Shown one piece after another: positions 10,302-20,181 of a DNA stretch of 64,000 nucleotides. Both the position numbers and the translations under genes were made by a program. The notes under the pieces are model-generated. The model did no database searches, was not told the origin of the DNA, and saw nothing but the letters and a program-made list of their open reading frames with translations. Origin of the DNA: Candidatus Babeliales bacterium (lineage in GTDB: Bacteria; Babelota; Babeliae; Babelales; JACPOV01); assembly GCA_050250855.1 (NCBI GenBank), contig JBFWNW010000002.1, positions 32,001-96,000 on the forward strand, given 5' to 3'. Every line of letters starts with the position of its first letter. The first letter of the stretch is position 1.

Positions 10302-13013
10302 ATGCTAAAATTTTATGTAAAAAAGGGTGCTTATAATACTTTTTTTTATGGACTCAGCTCACTTGTTTCTCGTGCATTAAGTTTTGTATTTTTACCCTAT
10401 TTTTTAGCAAAACTCACGCTTGAAGAGTTTGGTGTTTGGGATTTTTACCAAACCTTTTTTTCTATAGGAACGTTAATACTTTCATCAACAGCTGCAACAG
10501 GACTTATTAGATTTTTTTTGTTATATAAAAATGATCCTAAAAAACAGCAGGCCGTCGTTGGCAATTCATTAGCTTTTGTACTATCTGGCTGCATACTATT
10601 TCAACTAGGTAGTTTTGCAACGTTATTTTTATATTATAAGAATCATCCTAATTTTATTTTTTTACTATTAACAAGTCTAAATATTAGTCTATTTGCACTT
10701 TTTTCCCTATTACTTGCTTATTTACGCGTTAAAGAATATCTATGGTCTTATTTTTTTATATTTTGCGGGCAAAGTTCTTTGGCAATAGCGCTCACAGTAA
10801 TGGGTATTTATACTAATCAAGGAATTAATAGTTTTTTTTATGCAAACTGCGTGTCTCTTATTATATTTCTTCCCTTTTTTGCTTATTTATTTAAAAACTA
10901 TTTGACCTTTTCATTTACCATTTTTAAACAACAACTCATTTATAGTGTGCCACTGCTTGTCTATAGTTTTTTATATTCGTTCTTTTTTAGTATTGACCGT
11001 TTTTTTATTAAAGAATATGCGGGCTATGAAGCTTTAGGAACGTATGCTTTATTATGGCGCTTTGGTGCTATTTTCCAATTTTTTTCCATAGCTTTAATTG
11101 ACGCCTCACCAGTTATGCTCTTTAATGCACAAAAAGAACACAATGGTAATTTTCTTATTGCTAAATTTATTAATTATTTTTGTATAGCTATAACTTCCGT
11201 ATGCCTTATTGCCATTATCGGAGCACGCATAGGAATTGGTTTATTTTTTCCTGAAAAATATTACTTTTTAATATCTCTACTTCCTCTTTTTTTTATTCCT
11301 ATCATAATGCTTGAAGTTGCTCGTATTTTACAATTTGGTATAAATCTTTCAACAAAAACTATATATGGTCCTCTTATTACCAGTATAGGACTTAGTATAC
11401 AAACATTTATGTTATACATACTCAAAGATTTTAATATTCATGGCATCTTACTTGCAAATAGCATAAGCTTTGCACTTCTTTGCATTATTGCTTATCAGTT
11501 AAGCTCCTTTATTTATTCTAAAGCCATTTTTAATCCTAAAAAATTATCAATTCTTATCTCTTTATTTTTAGGACATACTCTGCTTTTACAGATGCTTTTT
11601 TATTATAATGCACCTTATTTTATGTTAATTCTACCGCTTGCTTCTTGGATAGCAGCATTATGGCATAATAATATTATTGAGCAAGAAGAAAAAAATTATA
11701 TAATGACTACCGTAAAAAAACCATTCAAAATTATTCACCCCAAAGAGTTAAAAACTATCTTATACTTAAAAACAGATATCTATTTTCATAAAATAAATTC
11801 TGGCGGATCATTTAGCCACACTATTGGCGTTCTTGATGGTTTTGCAAGTAATAATTGTTCTCTTATATGTGCAAGCTCTACAATGCATGAAACGTTAGAA
11901 AAAAAGAATTTTAAAGAATATAAAAAACTTTCTGCGTGGCCACTCTTTTTCTTTGCCCGTTGGAAACTTGGTTATGCACGCTGGCACTTAGATTGTTTAG
12001 TTTCTAATATTAGCTTTTTTTTCCAAACAAAAAATCTCCTTAAAAAATATAACATTGATGCTGTTTATCAACGCTATAGCTGGCTTAATGCTACAGGACT
12101 CTTGCTCAGGCTCTTTAAAAAAATTCCTCTTATTTTGGAATTTAACGGGTCAGAAGTATGGATTGCTCAAAAAGCCAAGCAAAAATCATTTGGTTTTTTT
12201 AAGCTTGCTACTTTTATAGAAAATTTAAATTTACGCTATGCAGATTATATTATTGTTGTTTCACAACCACTTAAAGACACACTTACTGCACAGGGAATTG
12301 ATGCTCAAAAAATTTTAGTAAACCCTAACGGCGTTGATACAGAAAAATTTAATCCTGCGCTGCTTGTTGCTGATGCAAAAACTATACGTGAGTGCCTTTT
12401 AATTCCTGAGCAAACCTTTATTTTTGGTTTTATTGGCACGTTCTCTTTCTGGCATGGCATTGATACTTTACAAGAAACGATAGAGCATATCCTCAGCAAG
12501 CAAAGCAATGTTCACTTTTTATTGATAGGTGATGGCCCCTTAAAAAATAAACTCCTGCACGACCTGGCTCTCTATAAAAATCACATTACCTATACGGGCA
12601 TGCTTAATCATGAGGTTGCAAAAAAATATCTTGCAGCCTGTAACGCCTATCTATGTCCAACTAAGGGAGACCAAGAAGGTGGTTCTTCTTTCTGCTCACC
12701 TACCAAATTATTCGAGTATATGAGTATGGCAAAACCAGTTATAGCAACAGCAGTGGGGCAAGTGGCAGAAATTCTTTCACCTGCTTTGAGCATTGAAGAA
12801 CTTAAAAATAAAAATATGATAACTGATCAGGTTGGCATTTTAATACCAGAAAAGAGCAAAATTACTTTTATGCAAGCTGCGGAAGCATTGGTTACTATGA
12901 ATACAGAATGGTGTACACAATTAGGCAAAAATGCTCGTAATAAAGTTAATGAAGAATTTACGTGGAAAAAACATACACAAAATATACAAAATTTTGTAAT
13001 TACACAAAAATAA
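10302..13013 (+). CDS. Wzx-like oligosaccharide flippase fused to a GT4 domain
   Basis: About 460 aa multi-TM N-half (SRALSFVFLPYF..LTLEEFG; IDRFFI..ALGTY), then a GT4 domain paralogous to 8229..9473. Confidence 0.85.
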   Translation: MLKFYVKKGAYNTFFYGLSSLVSRALSFVFLPYFLAKLTLEEFGVWDFYQTFFSIGTLILSSTAATGLIRFFLLYKNDPKKQQAVVGNSLAFVLSGCILFQLGSFATLFLYYKNHPNFIFLLLTSLNISLFALFSLLLAYLRVKEYLWSYFFIFCGQSSLAIALTVMGIYTNQGINSFFYANCVSLIIFLPFFAYLFKNYLTFSFTIFKQQLIYSVPLLVYSFLYSFFFSIDRFFIKEYAGYEALGTYALLWRFGAIFQFFSIALIDASPVMLFNAQKEHNGNFLIAKFINYFCIAITSVCLIAIIGARIGIGLFFPEKYYFLISLLPLFFIPIIMLEVARILQFGINLSTKTIYGPLITSIGLSIQTFMLYILKDFNIHGILLANSISFALLCIIAYQLSSFIYSKAIFNPKKLSILISLFLGHTLLLQMLFYYNAPYFMLILPLASWIAALWHNNIIEQEEKNYIMTTVKKPFKIIHPKELKTILYLKTDIYFHKINSGGSFSHTIGVLDGFASNNCSLICASSTMHETLEKKNFKEYKKLSAWPLFFFARWKLGYARWHLDCLVSNISFFFQTKNLLKKYNIDAVYQRYSWLNATGLLLRLFKKIPLILEFNGSEVWIAQKAKQKSFGFFKLATFIENLNLRYADYIIVVSQPLKDTLTAQGIDAQKILVNPNGVDTEKFNPALLVADAKTIRECLLIPEQTFIFGFIGTFSFWHGIDTLQETIEHILSKQSNVHFLLIGDGPLKNKLLHDLALYKNHITYTGMLNHEVAKKYLAACNAYLCPTKGDQEGGSSFCSPTKLFEYMSMAKPVIATAVGQVAEILSPALSIEELKNKNMITDQVGILIPEKSKITFMQAAEALVTMNTEWCTQLGKNARNKVNEEFTWKKHTQNIQNFVITQK

Positions 13014-13021
13014 AGGATTAT

Positions 13022-13750
13022 ATGGACTATCAAAATATACTTTTCAAAAATTATAATGCCACAAGAACAACATTCCTTGACCCAAATGATGAAATAAAAT
13101 TTGAATGGTTTAAAAATTATTATCAAAAAATTTATAAAAATTATTTTGTAAATATAAACAAAAAATCAAAAATTTTAGAGCTTGGATGTAATAAAGGTTT
13201 TTTATTAAAAACTTTTGAAGAGCAAGGGTACAGTAATCTTTATGGCGTTGATCTTTCTAAAGATGATCTAGACTCAGCTAAACTAATAATTCCTACAGCT
13301 AAGCTATACCAACAAGATGTTTTTGAATTTTTAAAAAATAACAAAAATTCATTTGATATCATCATATTAAAAGCACTTATAGAGCATATAAAAAAAGAAA
13401 AAATTTTAGAATTCTTAGAGCTTATCAATAACAGCTTAACACCCGGAGGAATGGTACTAATTGATGTTCAGAACTCTGCTTGGTTATGGGGCCTTCACGA
13501 TCGATACGTTGATTTTACTCATGAAGTAGGGTTTACCCAAGAAAGCTTAAGACAAGTTATGCTTCTGCACTTTAATAAAGTCCAAGTAACTCCAACTAAA
13601 AGTCCTTTAGGTCCAATGGGAAGAAAAGATAGAATTAAACATTTTATAGCAAAAAAAATATTTTTTTTCTTATGCAAATGGGCTGATCCAGAATCACCAT
13701 CAATTCAAGAAAGGCTTTTAATTGCAACAGGAAAAAAACAAAACCTCTAG
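13022..13750 (+). CDS. Class I SAM-dependent methyltransferase
   Basis: ILELGCNKG, GVDLS, IEHI, LTPGG, DFTHE; start 13022 after AAGGA. Confidence 0.88.
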   Translation: MDYQNILFKNYNATRTTFLDPNDEIKFEWFKNYYQKIYKNYFVNINKKSKILELGCNKGFLLKTFEEQGYSNLYGVDLSKDDLDSAKLIIPTAKLYQQDVFEFLKNNKNSFDIIILKALIEHIKKEKILEFLELINNSLTPGGMVLIDVQNSAWLWGLHDRYVDFTHEVGFTQESLRQVMLLHFNKVQVTPTKSPLGPMGRKDRIKHFIAKKIFFFLCKWADPESPSIQERLLIATGKKQNL

Positions 13751-13841
13751 CTCTTACATCATAACCCTTAAATAAAAAACACTTATAAGTTCAATACAAT
13801 AATCGTTATGGATCAGGCTTTAGTTAAAACTATACTATATT

Positions 13842-14807
13842 CTAATATATCAATGTATGTCCAAGCTCTGGATTAAAATATAATGCAGCAGTAGAAACAT
13901 TTGACAAAGTATGAATCAAATGATCACAGCAGGAAAGCAATATGGTTTCGATTAAAATCTCTTCGCCTTGTTTTGGGTGAAGCTTAGAACCATAGTAAGG
14001 GCTTGTTGTAGCAGAAAACCTTTGACAAGGATAATACATAACCTGACCCTTAAGGCATTTTTTCGCTTCTTCCAAAAGAGGTTCTTGGTCCGTTGCTATA
14101 AAAAATTTAACATTTTCTCCTGCAAACTTATTTGCCTCATCAAATATATATGGAAGAGGAACATGAATAACCTCACTACTTAAATGTTTCCCGCGCAAAT
14201 GAATACCTATTATTTTAGAATCAATCATTTCATTCTTAAAATCAGTTATTTTTTTTAAAATACTAGGTTTAATCTTTATAAAAGAGTCAATAATATTTTC
14301 TTTTACCCATTTCCTAAAACATTTATCATATAAATGGTAATTGCCTATTCTATAATTCGATGATCTAAACTGATTAAATTCTGCAGATTTATACCTTTGC
14401 ATATGATTATCAATCTCAACAAAATCTTTTTGTTCATCTTCTGGTAGTAAGTGCATATTTTCTATATACTGATGGTACCACCATAGCGTTGAAAAATTAT
14501 TATCCCTCTGATAAAAAGTCTGTCCATGCAAAACATCACCTGCACCATATGAATAGTCTGAGAGAGGCTCAAAATAATATTCCCATCCATTCAAAGCTCC
14601 GTTATAGCCATCCCTTGAATAATAAGCAAAATTATGATTACTCCAAACTACAGGAACTTTATTATTCGCCAAGCAATATTCTATATGATTAATTACCCAC
14701 AGAAATTCTGCAAAAAAACCACAAGGGCCTAGAAGCCTTACACATTTTTCTTGAGCTAGAACACTAAAAAAAAATAAAAAAACAAAGATATAGCTTTTTA
14801 CCTTCAA
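13842..14807 (-). CDS. NodZ/GT23-like fucosyltransferase with signal peptide
   Basis: GFFAEF, NGWEYYFEP, IGIHLRG, FIATDQE, LLSCCDHLIHTLSNVS; probable TTG start at 14807 after GAGGGGGG. Confidence 0.8.
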   Translation of the reverse strand: MKVKSYIFVFLFFFSVLAQEKCVRLLGPCGFFAEFLWVINHIEYCLANNKVPVVWSNHNFAYYSRDGYNGALNGWEYYFEPLSDYSYGAGDVLHGQTFYQRDNNFSTLWWYHQYIENMHLLPEDEQKDFVEIDNHMQRYKSAEFNQFRSSNYRIGNYHLYDKCFRKWVKENIIDSFIKIKPSILKKITDFKNEMIDSKIIGIHLRGKHLSSEVIHVPLPYIFDEANKFAGENVKFFIATDQEPLLEEAKKCLKGQVMYYPCQRFSATTSPYYGSKLHPKQGEEILIETILLSCCDHLIHTLSNVSTAALYFNPELGHTLIY

Positions 14808-14914
14808 AATCGTTTCCCCCCTCATGAAAATATTAAGAACTATACGATATAAAGATAAAAAATACAGTTTGAATAAATCAATACTTTGTTTAACTAATAG
14901 TGAATATTACTTAA

Positions 14915-16453
14915 TTACCGCTTGATAAATGTAGGTTGATATTCCATATGTGGAGAATTATTCTGTATTTTATATAACTTGCTAATATCTAATTTATAAC
15001 CATTCTTAAACTGTTTAAATAGCTCTTGCCATGAAATATTCATACTCAAGTTGCAGCCACTACAATTTTGTACCTGATTTAAAGGAATATTTATAATCTT
15101 TGATTGGTGAAAGCATAAACCCAGCTTATTAATATCACAGTGTGCACACCACGCCCCCTCCAAATAATTTGGATTATCAAAATCCAGTTTTTGCAAAATA
15201 GGTACAATTTCCTTGCGCGAATAAACTGTCATATCCACTGTATTAGGACAACCCCAGTCAGGGCCAGAACCTTTGAACTGCCAAGCGCCAACATCATTGC
15301 TAACAGGTATTAAATCTGGTACATCTTGGTTGCATTTATTCATATAACAATAGGTTATATTTTTGCCCAAACGCAAATAAAAACCATGCGCATGCGTCAT
15401 TTTTAAATAATTAGCACAGTCAGCAATATCAACATAATCTTTAACGATAATATCATCTACCGCAAAAACTATATAATTACTTGATCCTTTAGATAATGCT
15501 TCTAAAGTTTTTCGCTTAAAATCCACTTGAGGATTTGTAGATGATTGTTTTATAAAAATAACTGAAGAAAATCTCTTTTTTACCTTTTTATATGCTTTTC
15601 TCATGTCTTTATTGCCGGGCCGATATATAATCTGTATAGAAGCTATACCATCAATATAGCGTTCAACAGATTCCAAAAGAGCATAGAGCTGTAAGGGCCT
15701 ATTAAAAGAAAAAATAATTAAATCTGCCTTCTCACGCTTACGTAATGTTAATATTGGTTGATTCAGTGCTTTGTAAGGTTCTTTTTGTTCTAGGCCTATA
15801 AGCTCCTCATCTGCTTCATTAGCATTCTTATGTATTAAAGATGCTAAAAATAGTTTTTCATCTAATAACGCTATATGTCTTTGTGCCATTTCTATCATTG
15901 GATAAAACATTGCCTGTTTGTAGACAGACTCAAAAAAATAGTTATTGCAGGTAAGGTCTTGAAGCTTAATAACCTTAAAAAGCCATGCATAAAAAGTACT
16001 TGGCTGCTCTATAGATAATAAATTTTTTCTACAATGTAATAATTCTGTATCGCTATAGTAAGCATCTCCCGTCATCCAAACCTGATCATCTTGGTAAAAA
16101 GCATTAATTGTTCTTAAAACCTGGTCATGCGCAGGAATTTCACTAGATAATAGTGGTATTAAAATTTCATCATCAGCACAACTATGAGCAAATTGCCAAA
16201 AAGTACCGAGCAATCCTAAGCGTTCATTTAAAGAAATATAGTTAATATTTTCATGCAATGAATCATCGGGCTGACCTATGCATACAACTCTAAAGTTAGA
16301 ATAGTCTTGCTTAAAAAAATCTTGAAATTGTTCATAGGTTAAATTTGTTACTATAGTAATTTTTTTTTCATCTGCATGTAAAAGAAAGCTTGTGCTTAAG
16401 GGAATATAAATAAACAAAGTTTTAACTATTTTTTTTATATTAATTTCTATCAT
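14915..16453 (-). CDS. Two-domain GT-A-like protein (decayed GT2-like N-domain, second GT-like domain) with signal peptide
   Basis: N-half aligns by eye with 53868..55229; C-half has IIFSFNRPLQL and FAVDDII. Confidence 0.7.
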   Translation of the reverse strand: MIEINIKKIVKTLFIYIPLSTSFLLHADEKKITIVTNLTYEQFQDFFKQDYSNFRVVCIGQPDDSLHENINYISLNERLGLLGTFWQFAHSCADDEILIPLLSSEIPAHDQVLRTINAFYQDDQVWMTGDAYYSDTELLHCRKNLLSIEQPSTFYAWLFKVIKLQDLTCNNYFFESVYKQAMFYPMIEMAQRHIALLDEKLFLASLIHKNANEADEELIGLEQKEPYKALNQPILTLRKREKADLIIFSFNRPLQLYALLESVERYIDGIASIQIIYRPGNKDMRKAYKKVKKRFSSVIFIKQSSTNPQVDFKRKTLEALSKGSSNYIVFAVDDIIVKDYVDIADCANYLKMTHAHGFYLRLGKNITYCYMNKCNQDVPDLIPVSNDVGAWQFKGSGPDWGCPNTVDMTVYSRKEIVPILQKLDFDNPNYLEGAWCAHCDINKLGLCFHQSKIINIPLNQVQNCSGCNLSMNISWQELFKQFKNGYKLDISKLYKIQNNSPHMEYQPTFIKR

Positions 16454-16495
16454 TCTTATCCCTTTTTTATAAATTCTAAATGTGAAAAAAATAAT

Positions 16496-17332
16496 TTAAA
16501 AACCAATGGTAGTAAATATTTCCTTAATATATGCACGTTTTTCTGGATAAGATAATTTTATAGGATGATTATAATCTTTCTCTGTCGCATAGCCCCAAAG
16601 CTGGCCTATAAGAAATTCGTATTCTTCTTTAGAAGATAAACATGCGATTATAGTTGGTAAAGCAATTTCTAAAAATACTTTATTTTTTCCAAAAATTCTT
16701 GCCAATTCAATATATCTCTCTTTAAATAGAGCGGGAATATACACAACATCAGCATAAGAACCTACAACATTATCTTCCCCCCAACTTGACTCAAGAAGTT
16801 GTTTAGCTTCATCAGGAAGCTCTTCAAAAGCTATTCTAGTAGGCCAATAACCCCATTCACTACCCCACCAACACCATGAGGGAAAATGAGGATTTTTAAC
16901 ATTAATAGGAGTACCAATATCCGTTGACGCCTCATCTGTTATCCAAAAGGTTTTTGGAATCCATATTTTATTTCTATCCAACCTCAATAATCGCCATGGA
17001 TTAATAATACAATCGTCATGAACAAAAAAATATCCCTCATAATCAGGAAACCTTTCCATAGCATCTGCAATCGATAAATAGCTAAAATAACCTTTATATA
17101 GTGGTAAGTCATAAACATCAGAATGCTTCTGAGTGCCATAAAAAACTATATTTGCAAAATAAGGACCATAAAGTTCTTTTATAAAAGGAATTGATTCATA
17201 ATGAGGATGGTTATAGTTAATAATCAAAAGAATATTATCAAAGCTCTTATAACAAGGAACAGCATTAACTGCACAAATAAAAAATCCAATCAAACAAAAA
17301 ACAGAATATTTCATAATCATTTTTGCTTTCAT
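16496..17332 (-). CDS. STELLO/DUF288-like GT-A domain protein with signal peptide
   Basis: LLIINYN, LYGPYF..IVFYG, YEGYFFVHDDCIINPW, ADVVYIP, FLEIALPT, HPIKLS; paralog of 47598..48443. Confidence 0.65.
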   Translation of the reverse strand: MKAKMIMKYSVFCLIGFFICAVNAVPCYKSFDNILLIINYNHPHYESIPFIKELYGPYFANIVFYGTQKHSDVYDLPLYKGYFSYLSIADAMERFPDYEGYFFVHDDCIINPWRLLRLDRNKIWIPKTFWITDEASTDIGTPINVKNPHFPSWCWWGSEWGYWPTRIAFEELPDEAKQLLESSWGEDNVVGSYADVVYIPALFKERYIELARIFGKNKVFLEIALPTIIACLSSKEEYEFLIGQLWGYATEKDYNHPIKLSYPEKRAYIKEIFTTIGF

Positions 17333-17338
17333 GAAAAA

Positions 17339-18382
17339 TTACTCTGCCATTTTAATAAGCAAATATTGACCACCAACAAGAATTTTTAAAAATTTACTAC
17401 CCATTTCAGTTAGTAAAAATTCTTCCATTGCAAGTAATGCTCCTACCAATGTTGGCGTAGAGGTTGGATCCTCACAAATTATGATGCCTCCTTTAACAAC
17501 TAATGGTGCAACTTTGTTAAGAGCCTCTAGAGTTGGTTCATAAAGATCAACATCTACATTGCATACGACTATTTTTTCTATCTCTTTAGGCAATAAATCT
17601 GCACATATATTTGACTGAACAAGTTTATAATGTTGACCTGTTGTTTTTAATAAATCACTTACATAGTTCATAGTTTGCTCAACACCCCATAGTTTATGCG
17701 TATTGTCCCAAATTAAATCAGGACTTTGGTGAGCTTCTTCATACGTCATACCATCAAAAGTATCTAAAAAATATGATTTGCGTTGCATTCCTGCAAATTT
17801 CATATAATGAAGAGCAGTCAATGCGCTCCCCCCCACATAAACGCCAATTTCTACATAATCTCCTGGTAAATGTTTAGTAACTTGTAGGCATTGACAAATA
17901 ATTTCATGTACATCAATATTTTGATGACTTATTTTAGTCACAAAAGCAAATTTTTCATCAACTGCATTTAATGCATATTTATCCGTCCAAACGTAGCGAG
18001 TTTTTGGTCCAAAAAACGGTAAAGCATAAAATTTGCCAACATTATCTTTTATTTTTTTAAGGGCATGAAAGTAATCGTCATCGGTATGACAAAAAACTAA
18101 AAAAAGATTATCTTTAATATGGTTTTTATCTAAAAAATCTATACTCGATATTCCTTCAAAACCAGTAATCTTTATTGATAAATCATCGGATACAATAAAT
18201 TTATATGGATACTGATCAAATTTTTGACCTAAATCATTTTTTGCCCTTTGCACAAGCTGTATAACCTGATCAGTACGAAACCTAAGCATTTTAGGATCTT
18301 TAAGGGATTGATGCCAAATTGTTCCATATATAATAGAACAAAAAAATAAATTTAAAAAAGCAAAATTAAGAAATGTTTTCAT
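17339..18382 (-). CDS. TylF/MycF/NovP-family sugar O-methyltransferase with signal peptide
   Basis: GDYVEIGVYVGGS, DTFDG, NVDVDLYEPT, GGIIICED; AAGGAG SD. Confidence 0.8.
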   Translation of the reverse strand: MKTFLNFAFLNLFFCSIIYGTIWHQSLKDPKMLRFRTDQVIQLVQRAKNDLGQKFDQYPYKFIVSDDLSIKITGFEGISSIDFLDKNHIKDNLFLVFCHTDDDYFHALKKIKDNVGKFYALPFFGPKTRYVWTDKYALNAVDEKFAFVTKISHQNIDVHEIICQCLQVTKHLPGDYVEIGVYVGGSALTALHYMKFAGMQRKSYFLDTFDGMTYEEAHQSPDLIWDNTHKLWGVEQTMNYVSDLLKTTGQHYKLVQSNICADLLPKEIEKIVVCNVDVDLYEPTLEALNKVAPLVVKGGIIICEDPTSTPTLVGALLAMEEFLLTEMGSKFLKILVGGQYLLIKMAE

Positions 18383-18541
18383 CGTACTCCTTTTTAAGCT
18401 AACCTATTTTGTCAAAATCCTACCCCATATATTAAAAAAAACAATAATTGTTTCTAATTTATTTATTCAATTTTTTTTGTTAGCATTTTAAAAACCCATA
18501 AAGGATAATTGTAATGATTGAATTAAAAAAAATATAAAACT

Positions 18542-19483
18542 ATGAAAAAAATATCAATTGTTTTGCCTATTTACAACGAAGAAAAAAATATTCCTATTGT
18601 TTACCATGAACTGTTGAGCGTTTTAACGCCACTCAAAGAATTTGCTTATGAAATTATTCTTGTTAATGATGGCAGCAGAGATGCTTCATGGCAAACTATT
18701 CTGAATTTAGCAAAAGGTGATTCTTGTATTAAAGCCCTTACTTTTAGTAGAAATTTTGGGCATCAAATTGCGCTAACTGCCGGTTATGATCATGCAACAG
18801 GTGATGTTATTGTTAGCATGGATGCAGATCTGCAGGATCCTCCTTCTTTAATTCCTTCTATGCTTGAAGCATGGCACAAAGGAGCAGATATTGTCTATGC
18901 GCGCCGCGCTGACCGTAAGGATAATTTTTTAAAGCGCATGACCGCCATACTATATTATAAATGTTTATCCCATATTTCTGACGTTACTATTCCGCGCAAT
19001 GTTGGCGATTTTAGGTTAATTGATAAAAAAGTTCTTACCTATTTAAAACAGTGTCGCGAAAAATCTCGCTATTTACGCGGCATGGTTGCATGGTCTGGCT
19101 TTAATCATGCCTTTGTAGATTTCAACAGACCAAATAGACTAGAAGGAACCACTGGTTATACCTGGTCAAAAATGATCAAGCTTGCTTTTGATGGCGTAAC
19201 AGGATTTTCTTTATTTCCTTTAAAGCTTGCAGCATTTATTGGCGTTTTTGTTATTCTTACCGGCTGTTTAATGTTTACCTATATTTCTTGCGATGCTCTT
19301 TTTAATAAAGTAAATTATCCTCTTTTTAAATGGCTTGTTACTATTGTTTATATTTTTATGGGCGTTCAATTTTTGCTTATGTGGCTTATTGGTGAATATA
19401 TTGGTAGAATTTTTGAACAACAAAAAGGACGGCCTTTATATATTGTTGATAAAAAAGTTAACTTTCAGGAGAGTAGCCCGTGA
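18542..19483 (+). CDS. GtrB/CsbB-like polyprenyl-phosphate glycosyltransferase (GT2)
   Basis: VNDGSRD, SRNFGHQ, MDADLQDPP, GDFRLID, two C-terminal TMs, GEYIGRI..RPLY. Confidence 0.92.
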   Translation: MKKISIVLPIYNEEKNIPIVYHELLSVLTPLKEFAYEIILVNDGSRDASWQTILNLAKGDSCIKALTFSRNFGHQIALTAGYDHATGDVIVSMDADLQDPPSLIPSMLEAWHKGADIVYARRADRKDNFLKRMTAILYYKCLSHISDVTIPRNVGDFRLIDKKVLTYLKQCREKSRYLRGMVAWSGFNHAFVDFNRPNRLEGTTGYTWSKMIKLAFDGVTGFSLFPLKLAAFIGVFVILTGCLMFTYISCDALFNKVNYPLFKWLVTIVYIFMGVQFLLMWLIGEYIGRIFEQQKGRPLYIVDKKVNFQESSP

Positions 19484-20181
19484 TTGAAAAAGAGTTTGAT
19501 AACTATATAGATAACTATCGCAATAATTGTAATAATGCTTTATGGCTTTCCGGTGAATCAAGCGATTATTTTGCTTTATACAAAGCACAAAAGTTGCAAA
19601 CTTGGTTTTCTAATCAGACACAAAAAAAAATAAAAATTTTAGATTTTGGTTGTGGTGATGGCATCATGACGCAGCATGTACAATCATTATTTCCTCATGC
19701 TACCGTTTATGGCGTTGATCCTTCACCAAAAAGCGTCCAAGATGCGCAAACCAAGTTTCCTTCTATAAAATTTTCAGTTAATAGCGACTCCAATACCAAG
19801 CTTGATTTTGAATCTAATAGCTTTGACCTTATTTTCACCGCAGGAACCTTGCACCATATACCGTTTTCTATGCATGCTGGGTATATGCAAGAACTTATGA
19901 GGATAGTAAAAGCTGGAGGTAGCATCGTTATTTTTGAACTTAATCCTCTTAATCCGCTCACCGTGTATACTTTTAAAACTAATCCTATTGATTATAATGC
20001 AAAAATGCTCACACCATGGTATGCCTATAATTTGGCAAAAAAATATTCTAAGCCTTCTATAAAATTTATCTGTTTTTTCCCTAAATTTTTAAAATTTTTA
20101 CGCCCATTAGAAGCATTATTTTCTAAAATTCCTGCCGGGGCACTCTATTCAATTATTATACCCAAAAAAGGAGCGGACTAA
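19480..20181 (+). CDS. Class I SAM-dependent methyltransferase
   Basis: ILDFGCGDG, GVDPS, FDLIF..LHH, FELNPLNPLT; GTG start with AGGAG SD. Confidence 0.85.
   Translation: MIEKEFDNYIDNYRNNCNNALWLSGESSDYFALYKAQKLQTWFSNQTQKKIKILDFGCGDGIMTQHVQSLFPHATVYGVDPSPKSVQDAQTKFPSIKFSVNSDSNTKLDFESNSFDLIFTAGTLHHIPFSMHAGYMQELMRIVKAGGSIVIFELNPLNPLTVYTFKTNPIDYNAKMLTPWYAYNLAKKYSKPSIKFICFFPKFLKFLRPLEALFSKIPAGALYSIIIPKKGAD

Noticed and set aside
14766..14821. A9, A7 and C6 homopolymer runs at the 5' end of the NodZ-like gene as phase-variation tracts
   Set aside because: Runs of 7-9 A/T are common throughout this AT-rich window; here they encode Phe in the leader, the G run serves as SD, and the frame is intact.
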